Below are positions 12,835-27,340 of a stretch of DNA of 64,000 bases, one piece after another (position 1 is the first letter of the stretch; every line of letters begins with the position of its first letter). The position numbers were made by a program, and so were the translations under genes. Below the pieces are notes generated by a model. That model was not told where the DNA came from. It made no database searches and worked only from the letters and a program-made list of their open reading frames with translations. This DNA is from Tubiluchus corallicola. Lineage: Eukaryota; Animalia; Priapulida. The DNA lies in contig JAQGDQ010000392.1 in assembly GCA_030141605.1 (NCBI GenBank), positions 62,001 to 126,000 on the forward strand. Reading direction: 5' to 3'.

Positions 12835-15800
12835 TTATGTGTTTATATAATGATTCGATGCTTGCACTATTACATCATTATTCTCAAGAGCCTGTAGAAA
12901 AGAATCATCGTCTAAATTTGTCATGCTTCCACCGAGCGTGTCCTGATATTGAATACTCAAACTCGTCGGATCCCGGTCAAATAACGAGTGGGTCCTGCTT
13001 CCTTTCCGCTCAGTGTCGACTATGTACAATAATCTTTCTCTCATGCTACTCTTGTGCCGTTTCTTAGAGCTGCTACTGCTGCCACCTGCAGACTTCAAAC
13101 TTATACTCTCTGGCTTGAGATTACTCCGTGCATGGAAATAGCTGAAAATAAATGCAGTATTGAAGATACATAAAATTATATAAGAAAAAATACAAAAATA
13201 TGACTACAGAGTATATAAACTGCAATTTTAAGAAAGATTGCAATACTAATATTCCGGAAATGACGGTTAACTGCTCTTTTTCGGTTGTTTTATAGATGTA
13301 GGGTTTATTCTCGCATTTCAAATGACCGATTATTACCATGCCAATTACCTGGCTCCATACCTTTTACATATGGGGATTAGGTGTCAGTGATGACACAAGA
13401 ATAAAAATAATTTGGAAAAAACAAACTTTGCTTGCAGAAAAACAACAGACTTCAAAACTCGCAATAAATCAATAACTGCATTCATGGAATGAAAAACACA
13501 AAAGACATGTTCATGCAAAGTAATTCAGTCCGCATTCAATGTATTTGATGAACAAATTTAATGAGTGATTACACTAATCACAGCGCACTTTGTCGAAGAC
13601 TGTACAGTTATCACATTTCAAACACATTGCTTTTCATTTGTATGTAAAGTGCACAGTTTTGGCTTGAGAAATAGGCGTATAAACAGAACTATTATGGCTC
13701 AAGACAAATTACCAAAAAAAAAACGACAATTTCAATACAACTCCAAAGCAATCCATTAGAACTGACAGAAGAAAGAGGTTGCATCATGCATGCATGGCAT
13801 TCTCAACAACAATCATGCATACTGTATAAACAACAAACCTCACTATAGACGGGCACTAATACTGTTTACAGTAGGTAGATGCCAGACAAGCTGTTTACTT
13901 GATGATTTCCTAAACACAACATTGTTTACAATCATACCAGACTTACTAAAGTTATAAAGCAGTAACATTTCCGTTAGAAATAAATTATAATTAGCAATCA
14001 CACATCATGGTAAGACAGACAGAGTGATACGTAAATGCATTTTAATGACAGTGCTCTTGTTATATACGTATTAACATAAAGAAACATTTTAATTTTATGC
14101 TGCAGGTACACAGTGCAAAAATGAAAAATTCTAGTTTACACCTTACACTCGTACTAAAAATTTGTGCTTACACCAGACACACGGGCGAACTGTGCTGACC
14201 AAAACTGACCAAAGAAAAACCTTTACAAGACAAATGAATCGTCTTGAGTATCATCTCTGTATTTTCTTAAACGAACTCAAGGTGATGAACTTGTTGACTT
14301 TGCTGGATCATTATGTCCAATATATGCAAATTTGTGAGAAAGGTGTATTAAGGGTGAGCGTGTACTGCTGCTGTTACCTTGTGGAGAATATGGCAAATAA
14401 GCTTCACTAAACTAAAGATCAGTTGACAAAGAGCAGTTTATTACAGTAATAATGACTTTACCTGGCAAAACTGAAGATCAAGAATGTATGTCTGATGAAT
14501 GGATTTGCCAAGACAACAATTATAATGAGATATCAAAAATACCAACAAATGTTGCTTATAAGAAGGTATGGTCATTAAATGAGCTTAGCTTTGGAAATGT
14601 ACATTTGACAGATGATTATTAATCTAGCATACCCTGAGAATCACCTATGTGGACGACATAAGAAAATTTTGAGTGCCCTAAAAAACTTCACAGCAAAGTG
14701 AAAATCAAGAAATGATACCCAGTTTCCTCATTCACAGCAGACGTATGTGGACAGATGTGCATGCATAGCATGTGCAAGATTTGGAGCTCATATTAATGAC
14801 TGACATCAAATAAAATGGACTATATTTGATATCAGTAGCTAGGATTTTTTCACCAGCACTTCGCCAGCCATGTCTGCTTTCACTTCCAGTAATAGCTACA
14901 GTTGTCTTCAAACTGATGGGTTGTTTTTGTTAGATAAAATATGGTTTACTATTTCAGTCTTAGAAGATTCACTGACCAAAAGTATACAAGATTTTGCCCT
15001 GCATGTGACATACTTCACAAGTTGTCTAGTGTTCAAATTCAACTTTGTAAGAAAGGTAAAAAAGTGACCACAACAAGGTGTTACAATTAAGAAAAAAACT
15101 TGTTCAGAAAAGAACAAGTAGGCTTCAGTTTCAAAATTTCATTTTTACAAGAACATTTGCTCTCATGATCTTTCATCAGCTAAAAACCGACATGTTGAAT
15201 GATGCAGATAAAAAATGCAGCTGATGAAGCCAGTGGGTGTGAAAATAAATCACTTTGAGAACTCAAAAAAGAGGCTATGATGTGAAAACATAATTAGCAT
15301 ACACCTTTGTCTGCAAATCTGCAGTTTTTATTGCACCTTACCAAGTATTAAAAAACAATACTGTTACATTGCTAACCACTGCAAGTGCAGTTGATTAGTT
15401 CAGAGACTAGATAACAAAGTAGAAATAATTGTGACATCAGTTACAGCACTTACCATTGCACACTTATCATTATGCAAATGACTATGATAGATACGACATC
15501 AACCACAACCCAAGTCACCAGAAACACCATCGAGTTCTGTAAAAACAATAATGCTTTAGACATAGAATACATCAATGTCAACAACTGAATGTTTATGAAA
15601 TAAAAGCTAATGCTGCAAAAGACAAGAAGTAACAATCTTAACAAGAAAGCATTATTACCATCAGACAGTATCAACATTTACTCAGTATTCTTGTACTTAA
15701 ATGGCCAAATGCAGTAAAATTCAGGGTTAAGTTTAAAGACTTGAAAATCTAATTTAGGTCTACTAAGCACAGAGGGAACTTAAATAATTTGTACTGCACT

Positions 15801-17448
15801 GATGAACAACAACAAGAAGTTCATGCAATTTACTTAAAAAAGCACTCAAAAATGAAAGGATTAAACCACATTTCTTGGAAAATGGCTTCTGCATATACAT
15901 ACCATAGCTAAGAGTGGTGTCTTTAGACCATGAAACTTATGACAATTATCTGTTACAACTGATTCCACGCCTACACACCAATAATATGAGAACAACCATG
16001 GACTGTTAACAGCGTACATGTTCACATCAATGCCATTATTTTCATAGTGTCTGAAAAACAGCACAATTATGAACCAATTTTTGTATTTTAGGTCTTTTTA
16101 TGAGCGTCATTTCATCTTGTTTACATTCAGAAAACAACTTGCACAGAGCACATTACTAAAATACATTACAATATACACACGCCTTACTATTTCTGATAAA
16201 ACAATAGAATTTCAATAATCATTTTTTTGCCATTTCTTCTCATGCAATAAGTGGGCAATGCATGATACAACCAGTTCTACCTGAAATTCAAAGATGTCAT
16301 TGACAGTTTGTACAACAAGTTACTGTAACGGCAGAAACTAAATTTTTTGTCAATTTGTAACACAACATACATTTATAATTTTATATAAAGACACATTAAA
16401 TTATATTTATCTAAAATGTAGAATACAACTACCAGCTTTTACAGGCAAGACTGAATTTAATAACGAATTACCTGTTGTCACAATATAGGATTGTGCTTTT
16501 CAGAAAAGTCACACAAAGTCCAGTTTCAAATACGAAACGTACAATGAAAATGCATTAGATAATCAATAGCAAAGGCGTAAAATCTTGGAAAATTACTAAA
16601 ATGTTTCACAGAATCAATGCAAACTAAAAACTGTCATTTATTGAAATAAATGCATTTCTATGCATTCACGGAGTTGTCAAAGACATACACATATAACATT
16701 TTCATGCAGAATAAATATTAACCTGATTTCTTTATCACTGATATCCGACGACTGCATGTTTAATTTGAAAATCTTCAATCGTCGCAAATCTTCCACTTTG
16801 TTCTTAGATTCGGAAATGTAGACAAAATGTGGTGCTTTGCTCTGTACAAATGCTTTAGTGTCGTCATGTGGAAGCCACCACACCTGAATAAAAAAATGAA
16901 CAACAGAGATCAATAATAACCCCGTTGCCTCATAAGCTTGTCCCACATTGTTTTGCAAAAGAAGAACACGGCTAAATGTGTCTGCAAGTGAATCTGACTA
17001 TTGTTTGTATAAGACTCATTTCATCAGCACTGCTGCAAGTTCAAGATGCCAATCTCTAGCACGCCTAGATAAAACATGATACAAGAGGAGCATCACTCTG
17101 GACACCCAATCTGTTTTGTAAATATTTCAATTGGGATTGTGTCACGTTCTGATTCAACCCTCAGACTGTGTAAACACAAAACATCCATTTTACCTAGGAT
17201 GCTACATTAGATAACAGATGAATTCATTATTGAAAATTGACATAAAAAGTGGTTTTCAGCAATTGGCTACCTACATCTAGCATTTTTATTAAACTAGTAC
17301 ATATTCTGCAAAGCGCTAAATTTCCCTGACTCATTCAAATCCATTAGATTCAAAGACAAATTTTCAACTAAATCAAATTGACATTTCGGAGTTGAATAAT
17401 CCAGAGCTTGCTACATAAGCTAGTAAGCCATACTGTTCGTGAAGGATC

Positions 17449-17502
<54 letters not shown>

Positions 17503-20500
17503 ACTGCTACTGCTACTGCTACTGCTACTGCTACTGCTACTGCTACTACTACTTGCTAGGCACTCACTGTTTAATTGTATACCCATTACACATGAAACGG
17601 CCACACTGCATGAAACATTTCAGTTTTTTAGCACAAGTACGTACCAGCTGTTCAGGAATGCCAGTAGGTAGAATAACTTTTAGAGTTTGGTTAATAAAGT
17701 CATTATAATAAGGATGATCATCAGGTGGTTGTATCAAATCAAACATTAAACTGGTGTTATATTGATGACAAAGGGCGACCAATTCTGCCAAAGATGGAAT
17801 CCTCTGTTCCTGTGCTGTTTGTCTCTCTTCAGAGGTAAGAGAGTCGGCAGTGTAAAACGGATCGTCCTACAAATATAATGCAAATGCGATAGTCGTTTGA
17901 AATCACAATACAAGAATTCAAAAGCATTTTCAAGTGATTTTTTCCATTCATTTCAGCACTCTAGGTAAAAAATTGGTAATATGGCACCAGGTTATAAACT
18001 TCCTCTATCCGTTAATAGATGGCGTCACTTTCTGTAGAGCATACTACCAGCGGTGTTTACAATGTTTGTGTCACCAGCTATAAAATTTGTTACACAGCTG
18101 ACAGAAACTAACACATCTTGTGAAAATTTTAGTACATTACAAATGTAGTATGTACAAAAGTTACAGACTTCAAAATATTTTTATTATACATACTGGCTAT
18201 ATAATACCTATTGAACCATTCTGAAACTTTGCAGTTGCTTTAATAATTACTAAGATATTAATAGTCAATTAAGCTATTTAACGTTAGTTAATACTGAATT
18301 TAACTTTTTCCAGAAACGAAAGAGGCGCTCAATCACAAAACAAAAAAGCATTCAAGGTACTCGTTGTTAGGATTACTGGGCAAATGACGCAAATAATTAC
18401 ATTATTTACCTGTAAAAACCAAGAGCCCGCATTTAGCTGCCTTAACTGAGTAAAATTTAGATATGCTATATTAAACTGAGCTTCTTCTGGAAATATCTCT
18501 TCTATATTTGTCGTCCTGATACCATCGTAATCATGCATCATGAATGGAATGCCATCAACACTATTACAAAAAAAGATTGTTTTTACACTTCGTACGTTGG
18601 GGTTTTATGCAAGGTTTGTTTAATTTATGAAAAAAACATTTCTAATTTTACTTTACATTGAAGTTCATCTGTTTTTAAGAATATTGGCACCTCATAGCAA
18701 GTGCAATGCTGACATTGATTCATTGTCACTTCAATCAATTTTATTCATTGTTTATTTATGGAGTTAGATTAGAATAAAAGATGTGGTTAAAAATAATCTC
18801 ACATCAACTTCTGAATGGTTTTTGTTGAAAATTCACTCTTATATTCATTCTGAAAGGTGACGATGGAAATTCTTGTCATTTTTATATTAATAAAAAGTCT
18901 CTGGTAACGTGGCATACTAAACAACGTTAAAACGCTTTAAGCTAAAATGGTTAGCAGTAAATAAACTGCTGATATGGTTGTCTATAAGGTTTCTTACCTT
19001 ATTCGGACGTCACTTTCTATACCAAAGGCATTATACTTGATAGCTGTTGCAAATGACATTATGGTATTTTCTGGACTAATCTGAAAAATGTAATAAATCA
19101 GGTCTCAGTGCAAATTAATATTAAAGTATTTGAATGACAAGTCAATATAATGCAGGTGCATCAACATGTTTTAAAACAGATGATAAAACTGTAGATAACT
19201 TCTTTCTTTACATTTAAGATAGTTCACAGTGGCGAAATGAAATGCGGCTGTATTTTATGCTTTTTCTCAACCTTGAGATTTTTTTAATATAAAATCATTA
19301 AAAATTCTAAATGATTCTAAATGATTATCTGATAAACATCACTAGAGTCTTATCTGTAACTCCAACAGACACACACAACAAAAGAGAAAAAATAAATTAC
19401 ACACACAGACACACGCATACGGAAGTGCTAAATATATTCAACACTGAATTGTGAATACCAAAAGCTTTTTTGCATCATTTAAGCAAATAGCTGTAAAGAC
19501 ACACTGAACTGTCGATTGAGGTTTACAATTATGAATCAGCAAACTTTCATAAAGGTTCAGGTCTGTAGCAGTTCAAGCAGAATTTATAATAGTGAAATAT
19601 CCTATGCCATGGTTTATCATTACTAGTAATGATATGCCTTTGCAGCTATTTGCATGCTGAACATATACAGGTATTAGCTCGTGTGTTTTTCGTTTTTTCT
19701 TTCATTATATGAGTTTACTGCCTATTGTGGAAGACTTTGATGATGTTTGTGAAACATCGGTATGTTCTTATATGTTGCAATATATAAAGGACATTCTGTA
19801 TTCCGACTTTTGGAATATCCATTTCCTTTAAAGATTTTCCGCTGCCTAATTTCAGCTTTGTATCTTTGCTTTGACATTTATTACATATCATAGCACTGCT
19901 TCTTATAGCATAAAGAAAATTGTCACACCAATTTTCATTGTCACAGTTATTAATAATTCAGTCTTCTCACATTGTCATCATCTGCTGTATGTTATGTTTA
20001 TTGGCACAACTAGAACTTTTCCTTTACCTGGCTGTGCAACTTCTACACTTCTAGAAGCAATATGAGAAATCTTAGAAAATATTTGGCACCTACCATGGAA
20101 GCACCTCGGTGAGCAAATATTAATGGCTTAACAGGCAGGTTTTCAGATTCAGCTATACATGGAGAATTCATCATCAGTGGACATAAGTAAAGAAATAACA
20201 TCACAGACAGAAACAAACTAAGCCATGCTAGTTTAAGACCTATCACAAAAAAACAATAAAGGAACATTAGCAAACTTGTAAACTTTTTCTAAAAAAATGA
20301 AAAATTGTTTTACTCTTTCACAAGTATGGATGTGTCATTTTTTAACCATTAGAAAATGTTACACACTGGCAAATATGAAATACGTAATTAAAGGAGGATT
20401 ATAGCACAACATTGCTATTATTTTATTCCATCAATCTCTCAATTGAATAAATCAATCTCTAAATAAAAGGTTGACTATGTACATACTCGTCTTTTCGACA

Positions 20501-23500
20501 GAATGGATGCCTCTTATAAAGAGCCAGGACAACAGTGTCATTGTAAACACACCAACTATGTGGAGAAATGGTGCAAAAACCTGAAAAACGAGATAAAAAA
20601 ATTGTTGAGTTAACAAGCAATTTCGGTTTTGTATTACATCTGAGGAAAATAGCCACACAAGTTGTTAGCCACTCGTTTTCACTAATTCGAAGAGAAAATT
20701 GAGAAGAGGCCAATTTTGCAAGAGAAAGAAAAGGAAGTTTTTTTAGATTGCTGCAGTTTTATCTTCAGTTGCATAAAGAGTTGCATGAGTGTTAGAAAAA
20801 ATCTTCTTGTAAAACCACTAGTGATCTGCAAAAGTTGTACACTTGAAACTTATAAAAATAGTTATCTATTATATCATGATGACAGTTTTCCTTCTGTGAT
20901 CAGTTCTCTCCGACGCTGTCCGCTGATTTAATAATCTCCCGCAAAAAAGCTTGCTCTTGCCTTCCATTTTTGAAAATGGGTGTTCTAGTACCAGGGCCGA
21001 GAAGCACCATGACAACATTTAACAAAAACACGTCACAACAAAATCAATAAATGATGTTATAGCAACCAGAACTGCACAACATTTGAACAAATAAAATCAA
21101 AATACATAGACACACGTTGGGCTTAATATTCCGTTTTCTTTCGCAATGGCAAGAAACACTTGAATGACACAATAGAAGTGACTGTAGTACTTCATCATGT
21201 AAAAGCTGGCAGCTGCTAATCAGTTTACAATTGTTAAGTGAGAAATAATTGAGGTTTTCGACTAACTTGTAAACTTAACTGCATCTTGTAATTAGCACTA
21301 AACTTAGACCACCATACACGGTGTTTGCACTTACTGAATAAAATTATGAAAATGTGGAAACAAATCGTTAATGCAATTCACACTGTGATTAAAGTTATTT
21401 TCAATTTTCAAACTGTCATCAATCTCAGTGTCATGCATGTGTCCGATTCTGTGTCAAGGACCAAACTAGGGTACAGGCAAGTTATATCCTATTCATGCAA
21501 TGCATAAAACGTTATCCATTCTAAGAAACTGTATTCTCACTAAGACAAATCATCTAAGCGGCAGTCTCTTTTGTCTCTTTTGCACGGAAGGATGGCTAGA
21601 TGTCTGCCAAGGTCAGCTGCCATTCTCTGTGGTCTGTAATTTACACTCTTTAGCCCACGGTCTCTAGTTCCCTGGAGCATCTTTGCAGTAACATGATAAG
21701 TCAGTTACGACAAACCGTAGGAAATATCATCTTGCACTGTTATTAACAGTTGCCTGTGAGAATTCTTGTATCATGCCATACCAAGCACGTTATTCAGACA
21801 CTAAATATCATGCAGGACAACTCTTGCATTACACTGAAGCAATATATTTTTGTAATGATACATTCGCCACACAAAAGTGCGTAATTTTCTATAATAATGG
21901 AAATTTTAAACCTGTAAATTATCTCCCAAAACCTGCTTGCAATAATTTTACTGCACCAATAAAAAATTTTTCCCCACACTGTAATTTCTATGACTGGTTG
22001 TAATGATTTCAAATTTAGTTCAATTAGCAAAAAAAAATCACACATTATCGACGTAAATTTCACTAAATCTTAAGCTAGAACATGAGAAAATAAACCAGTA
22101 AAGATTGGTACCATACTAGATAAGATTACAGAAAAGCGTGCTAAAATGAATCACCGCTTAATCAACAGTACTTACAACTAATGATCTAAGCACAATAGAC
22201 CACTGGGCTCTCCACAGGTCCGTGATCAATACAGTCGCTGTCACACAGCAAGTTAATATTCCCAACACGAATAACTTGTGCACAGAATGAATGTAGACTT
22301 CATAACCAAGTATTGTATGTACAATACAAAATATCTAGATGAAAGAGAAATGAGGTTATTGTACCAAACACACGGCAAATGGAGACTCCGCAGAATAACG
22401 ACTATAGTGAGACATAACTACGCATGCATAACTTTTTCTTTGTAACGTATACACAAGCGTTTAAAATCAAATCTGATTTTAATTGCCTTTTGGCTTTTCC
22501 TTTCCATAGTCAAATATCGGCTAATGGGCTGCGCTAATAGATTCAATGCTCTGTGACTGACAACTCTCACTTATTAAAGAGAGCTATAAAATGTACTGCA
22601 AGTAAGTAAGCAAACATTCTTAACTTTTTAGCACAACAGACAGTTCTACATCAGTCTAAAAGAAGAAAGCAAAAATGCAGATATAACTGCAAGAGCAAAG
22701 TCTAAAAAGTCTCATTTGTTGCCTTTGAAGTTTATAAAGTTATTTCAAAAGATTTACTTCTGTATTACTGTAAAAGATACTTAAAGTAGTGTATCTTGTA
22801 AATTTTTGTATTCTGGCATTATCTGTAACTGTGTACACACAAAATGCAAAAAATACATAAAAAGACAAATTTACTGAATTAACTTACCACTAACAAAGAT
22901 AAGTACACAGTAGTAGCTATAGACATGCTAACCATCACCCAGTGCCAGTCATACCAAAATTGTAATTTTGCTTCTAAATACCTAAAACATGTTCAAATAA
23001 CACTGCATCATACTGTTCAGTGTTTTCATTGGAATAAATATCACGTATGGGATTGGTTAATACTGATGGTGTAAATGTCCCTATTTGTTGCAGCTCACTA
23101 AAACTACAATGAAATCACATTTTCCAGACTCACATTTTTTATTTGTAATGATTTTATTGAAAAATTAATTGGAGAAAGACATCAGTGAAATGCTATTATT
23201 TTCTATCTTTTAGTTTTTTCAATTTGTAAAATCCGCTACACACAAAAATGAGAAAAAGTGAAAAAGTTACAGGCAAATTTAAGCCACGACACTGTCTTGC
23301 AACCTTCAAGTGCAAGCTTACACACATTTGCTTCCAATTATCAAAGAGAAACCGCGGCAGATGTAAGAAAAATGAAGGCTTCATGCTGGAAATGTGACAT
23401 GTAGGTTAACGTCGTACAAAATGTGCAAAAGTGGCTTCTAAGTTTTGTTGAAGGACGGAAAGGATGCCAGCGATGAAATGAGGCACCTTCAGATTTTTTA

Positions 23501-26500
23501 TAATTCCAGTTGCATAACTATGTCAGGTGATGCTTTTTCTATAATATCAGAGCAATAAACACACAGGCTTAGTTTGATTATTCAACATATAAAATAATAA
23601 GAACAAAGAATAAAACTAAACCTGACCTTTCCTAAATTGCTTTCAAAACCCAGAATTCTTTAAAAACCAATGGCTAAGTGTTAAATACTCAGTGTTTGAC
23701 GCTAATGCATGTTTGTGGCAGGATCAGAGTACATGTGCAACTGACAAAAATGCGATTTAGTTTACCCTGAGGGTGGAGCACTAGAGTTCACACACCGTTT
23801 GTTGTACTTTACTGTAATGTACAATGTTCTGGGTTAAACTAAGTTTGATGTAGAAACTAAACTTTCAACAGTAAGTCATAATTAAAGAACAATGCAATTT
23901 GTATGCAAATGCACAATGCAAATTGTTTTGTGTCTTAATTCTTATCCTGCTCTTTCTCTCACTTCCTTCCTTCTTGTTTCTCTCCCTCTCTCTCTCTCCT
24001 TTTCCTGCTTCCTCCCTGCCTCTCTTCCATACCCCGCTCAACAGATCATAATCAGCTGGATAACTTTGTGCAGCGTGGCCTATTTCAGTATCAAAGTCAA
24101 TATTATCTATTTACCCGCAGATCAAACCAATGCAGTAATCAGCTAAATTGTTACGATATTAGATTGCCTTGAAAGATTAAGCACAACTACTGGTCAATTG
24201 CTAAGTCTTCTAAAACACTCATCAAGCACAATATTTTATATCTGGATAATCAAATAACTTTTCTTTGGTTGAGCTAATCTGAGATGTTTCAAGTTCATCA
24301 TAAGATCAAAATCAGGCATAAAAACTTTATCAATGTCACCATAAAACAGCTGCTTCAAAAAAGTGAAGGATTACGAGACTGTAATGACGATTTCAATGCC
24401 AAATTTTAAACAGCTGCGCATTTTTTAGCAGTTTGTAAACTGGCAATCCTAGCATGCCAAATTTTTCAAAATTCACAAACATGTACGAGGTAAAGATTCA
24501 AAGGGCAAACTTGTTTTGGTCAGAACTCTTTTAATTCGACAAGACGTGCAATTATAATATAAATTATAGATGCTATTGGTAGCACATCATATCAATTGGC
24601 TGCTGCATATAGGGCGCTGTGTTTAGTAATGAGTTGAATTGAGTTCACTAGGATTATGGGGATTAGCCAGGCATGTTATTGTTGCATTCAAAATCTATTT
24701 ATTTTAGATTAAGCAAAATGATACAGCAAATCTCGCTTTAAGACCAGACTGCAGAATTTTGAAACGTGTTTCAAATGCAAACCGCACAGATTAACATGTA
24801 ATGTAATATATTATTATATCAACAAAAGAAAAACAGATAACCAAGTAAAAGTAAATAATGAAACATTTCTTGGCAGAAATTAATTAAATCATTGGGCGAA
24901 TAACAATGGTAAAGTCATTAAACTTGTGCTGCGAATTTGTTATGAATTAGCACTCTATACGTTTTGTAGCAATCGTTATTCTGTTTTTAAAACCTTTTTC
25001 TGACAGTATAATAAATCAATTTATTATAAAGGACACAATAAATGACGAATTTACATTGGTAGTCAGCCAGTGATAGGTGTGTACAGCCTGTAGTAAACAG
25101 CATTATTCATGAACTGCTCAAACATTCCATTACTATTTGCTAATACTGACAATTTAAACAAGGAATCAATCTGCCTAGTATTTAAACTCGTTAAATACAT
25201 TGAGAAGTGGCGTGTAATCACCACCATTACGACACAGCGCACACGCCCAACTCATGCGCCATGGGAAAAATAGGACATGGCTACACCATACATACACAGT
25301 AATAAGCTAACGCATGCAGCTTTGTATGGAAATTACTTCATGCTTTACCTGTGCTCTTCACACTCCACAACACCACCACACTGGACACTTCGACTTGCAT
25401 AATGTTTTCTATACAATCGTACTTCCTGGGTTTTATCTGTTAAATGGCTCATTGTACATGCCTGGTATGCACACAGTCATGGTATTGTTGTGTGCACTTG
25501 CTGGCACACTAGGACAAACAAGACAATCGCTCATTTTTGTATCTGTAGTGCCATGATGGTAACTACGAAAAAACTAAAAAAAAAACTCACAAAAATTCTG
25601 CAACAAACCATAATTTCTATTTTGAAGACATTTTGAAAATCATTTTGTTTGACAGAAAACAAAAAAAAATTTTCATTCAAAAGTGCTATTGTGACACACT
25701 AAACATGTACAAAGTTTACCCGTTAAAGTCTTGGTAGTCATTTCTAGCAATTGACCAAAAATACAACCACACTATTGTATATGCATAAGTGAGCAGCAAA
25801 ACAATGAACCATATTACGTCTTTCTGCAATAAAAAACAGAACATAATGAATAAAACTACCATAATACTATTTCTTATAAATTTAGGCAAGCAATTTTAAC
25901 AAAGTATTAAATATCAATTATTACATACATGAGTGCTCGACGTATTTCATCAGAGCTTAGAAATGCAATAATTCTGGACCATCGCTTTATAAATCAGATC
26001 AGTTTCTGAGCAAAATTTCCCAAAAATTCAAGCAAACTTTATCATAATTGCTGAGGTGGCATTTTTGTCTTAGATAAACTCTTTATACATGAAATGGGTG
26101 CACTTATAGCACCTGCCATACCATATATACTTGGTACACTGCATATGCAACCACATACAGCAACCTATTTAGCTAGAATATAATAATTTGAATAGCAAAA
26201 TACACGTAACACAGATCTAATTGTCATTTTTAACTAAAATGGTGGCACTGCTTTCACTTCTAATTATTAAAACAACTGTTAAGAAAATAGGCAAAGAAAA
26301 TAGTTGCGTGGGCACACATATGGGAAGGGCTGGGAAGATATTGCTTCACTATGACAGTTGAGCAGCATGTGGTCTGACCAGCACAGTGGATGTTTACTTC
26401 TAGGAGCATGCTAGCAAGTGAAACAGTCAAAGGAAATTGATTTTACTTTTAATTGTGTCCATTAACAAGTAAGACATGACTGAATGCACATACAAAAACC

Positions 26501-27340
26501 TGTTTGTCAAAATACATTAGTTTCTTTCGATAGCATTTTCTTATAGCTGAGCCATAAGTGGCTGTGTATGTTGTAGTACTGTAGTTATACACGTTCGTCT
26601 GCGCACAAGCATAACATTTATCATATTAGCTTCTGGAAGTACAATAGGTGCAATTTTCTTAACCACACACTTTAAGCTGCTCCAGCGACATTAATTGATT
26701 TAAAAACTAGTTTAAATAATGCGTGTAATTACCAGGTTAAACTCAAGAACAGTTCAAATACCTTGCGAGTCTTTGACTGCTTCTCAGTGAAGCATAGTGA
26801 CATACCAACAATAATGGGCGTAGAGGATTAAAAGCATAATGTAATTTCAGGTATTGCTGTGTAGATAGAGGTACAACCCCTAACTGTTAAATAACATGGT
26901 TTACACAGTGCAGCAATGTGACAGCTACACTGCCCTGTGCGTGATACCCCTCCCAAGGTTGTATAATAATAGGAAGTGAATTAAAACGTGCACAGCATTT
27001 CTATTAGCCAAAGAAAAGCAATTAAATGATTTCAGGGTGCAACAATAATAAACTACACAGACTTTATATAGATATGTCTTTGCAGGTCAACGAAATAATG
27101 TTAAAATAACTACCAAAGATCGTTTACGTAGCCTACACGTTAAACAATAATGAGCTGCCAGTAAAACATGGAAGAAAAGCTGCGTGTTGTAAAGAAGAAC
27201 AAGACTTTTTGAGAAAAAAAGACCTTTTTCGTGTCATCTTTTGACTGTTGATAACGATGCCACCGACAACCTATGCACCCTGTCACACAGGAGATTACAT
27301 AGTTCCTTCTGTAGCTCTGGAGGGGCTGATGTCCAACCAT
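12835..27340 (-). CDS. GDPD5: Multi-pass membrane glycerophosphodiester phosphodiesterase, GDPD5/GDE2-like (GDPD2/4/5 family), 13 coding exons, ~622 aa
   Basis: Exons 27340-27224, 25823-25720, 22981-22888, 22334-22176, 20580-20487, 20239-20094, 19080-18998, 18560-18410, 17866-17645, 16883-16723, 16050-15903, 15536-15454 and 13141-12835 total 1869 nt in one open frame with all phases consistent. The N-terminus [10 protein letters not shown]...[21 protein letters not shown] matches GDPD5. Other motifs: WLYFW...NDY.DFN, APFLH, catalytic [42 protein letters not shown], then a C-terminal TM helix. Confidence 0.9.
17449..17552. repeat. Compound microsatellite (CTG)n(CTACTG)n in a GDPD intron
   Basis: Seen directly. 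It accounts for the poly-S, poly-L and poly-C/CY ORFs at 17368-17708. Confidence 0.97.

Noticed and set aside
12442-13067. Plus-strand ORFs of 121 and 163 aa
   Set aside because: They are antisense to the GDPD last exon and 3' UTR and have no recognisable domain.
17368-17708. Poly-Ser, poly-Leu and poly-Cys ORFs
   Set aside because: They are microsatellite artefacts.
27215-27223. Weak donor GTCTTT considered as a U12-type intron
   Set aside because: It does not match the U12 donor GTATCCTT. The position agrees with homology and phase, so I treat it as a weak U2 donor.
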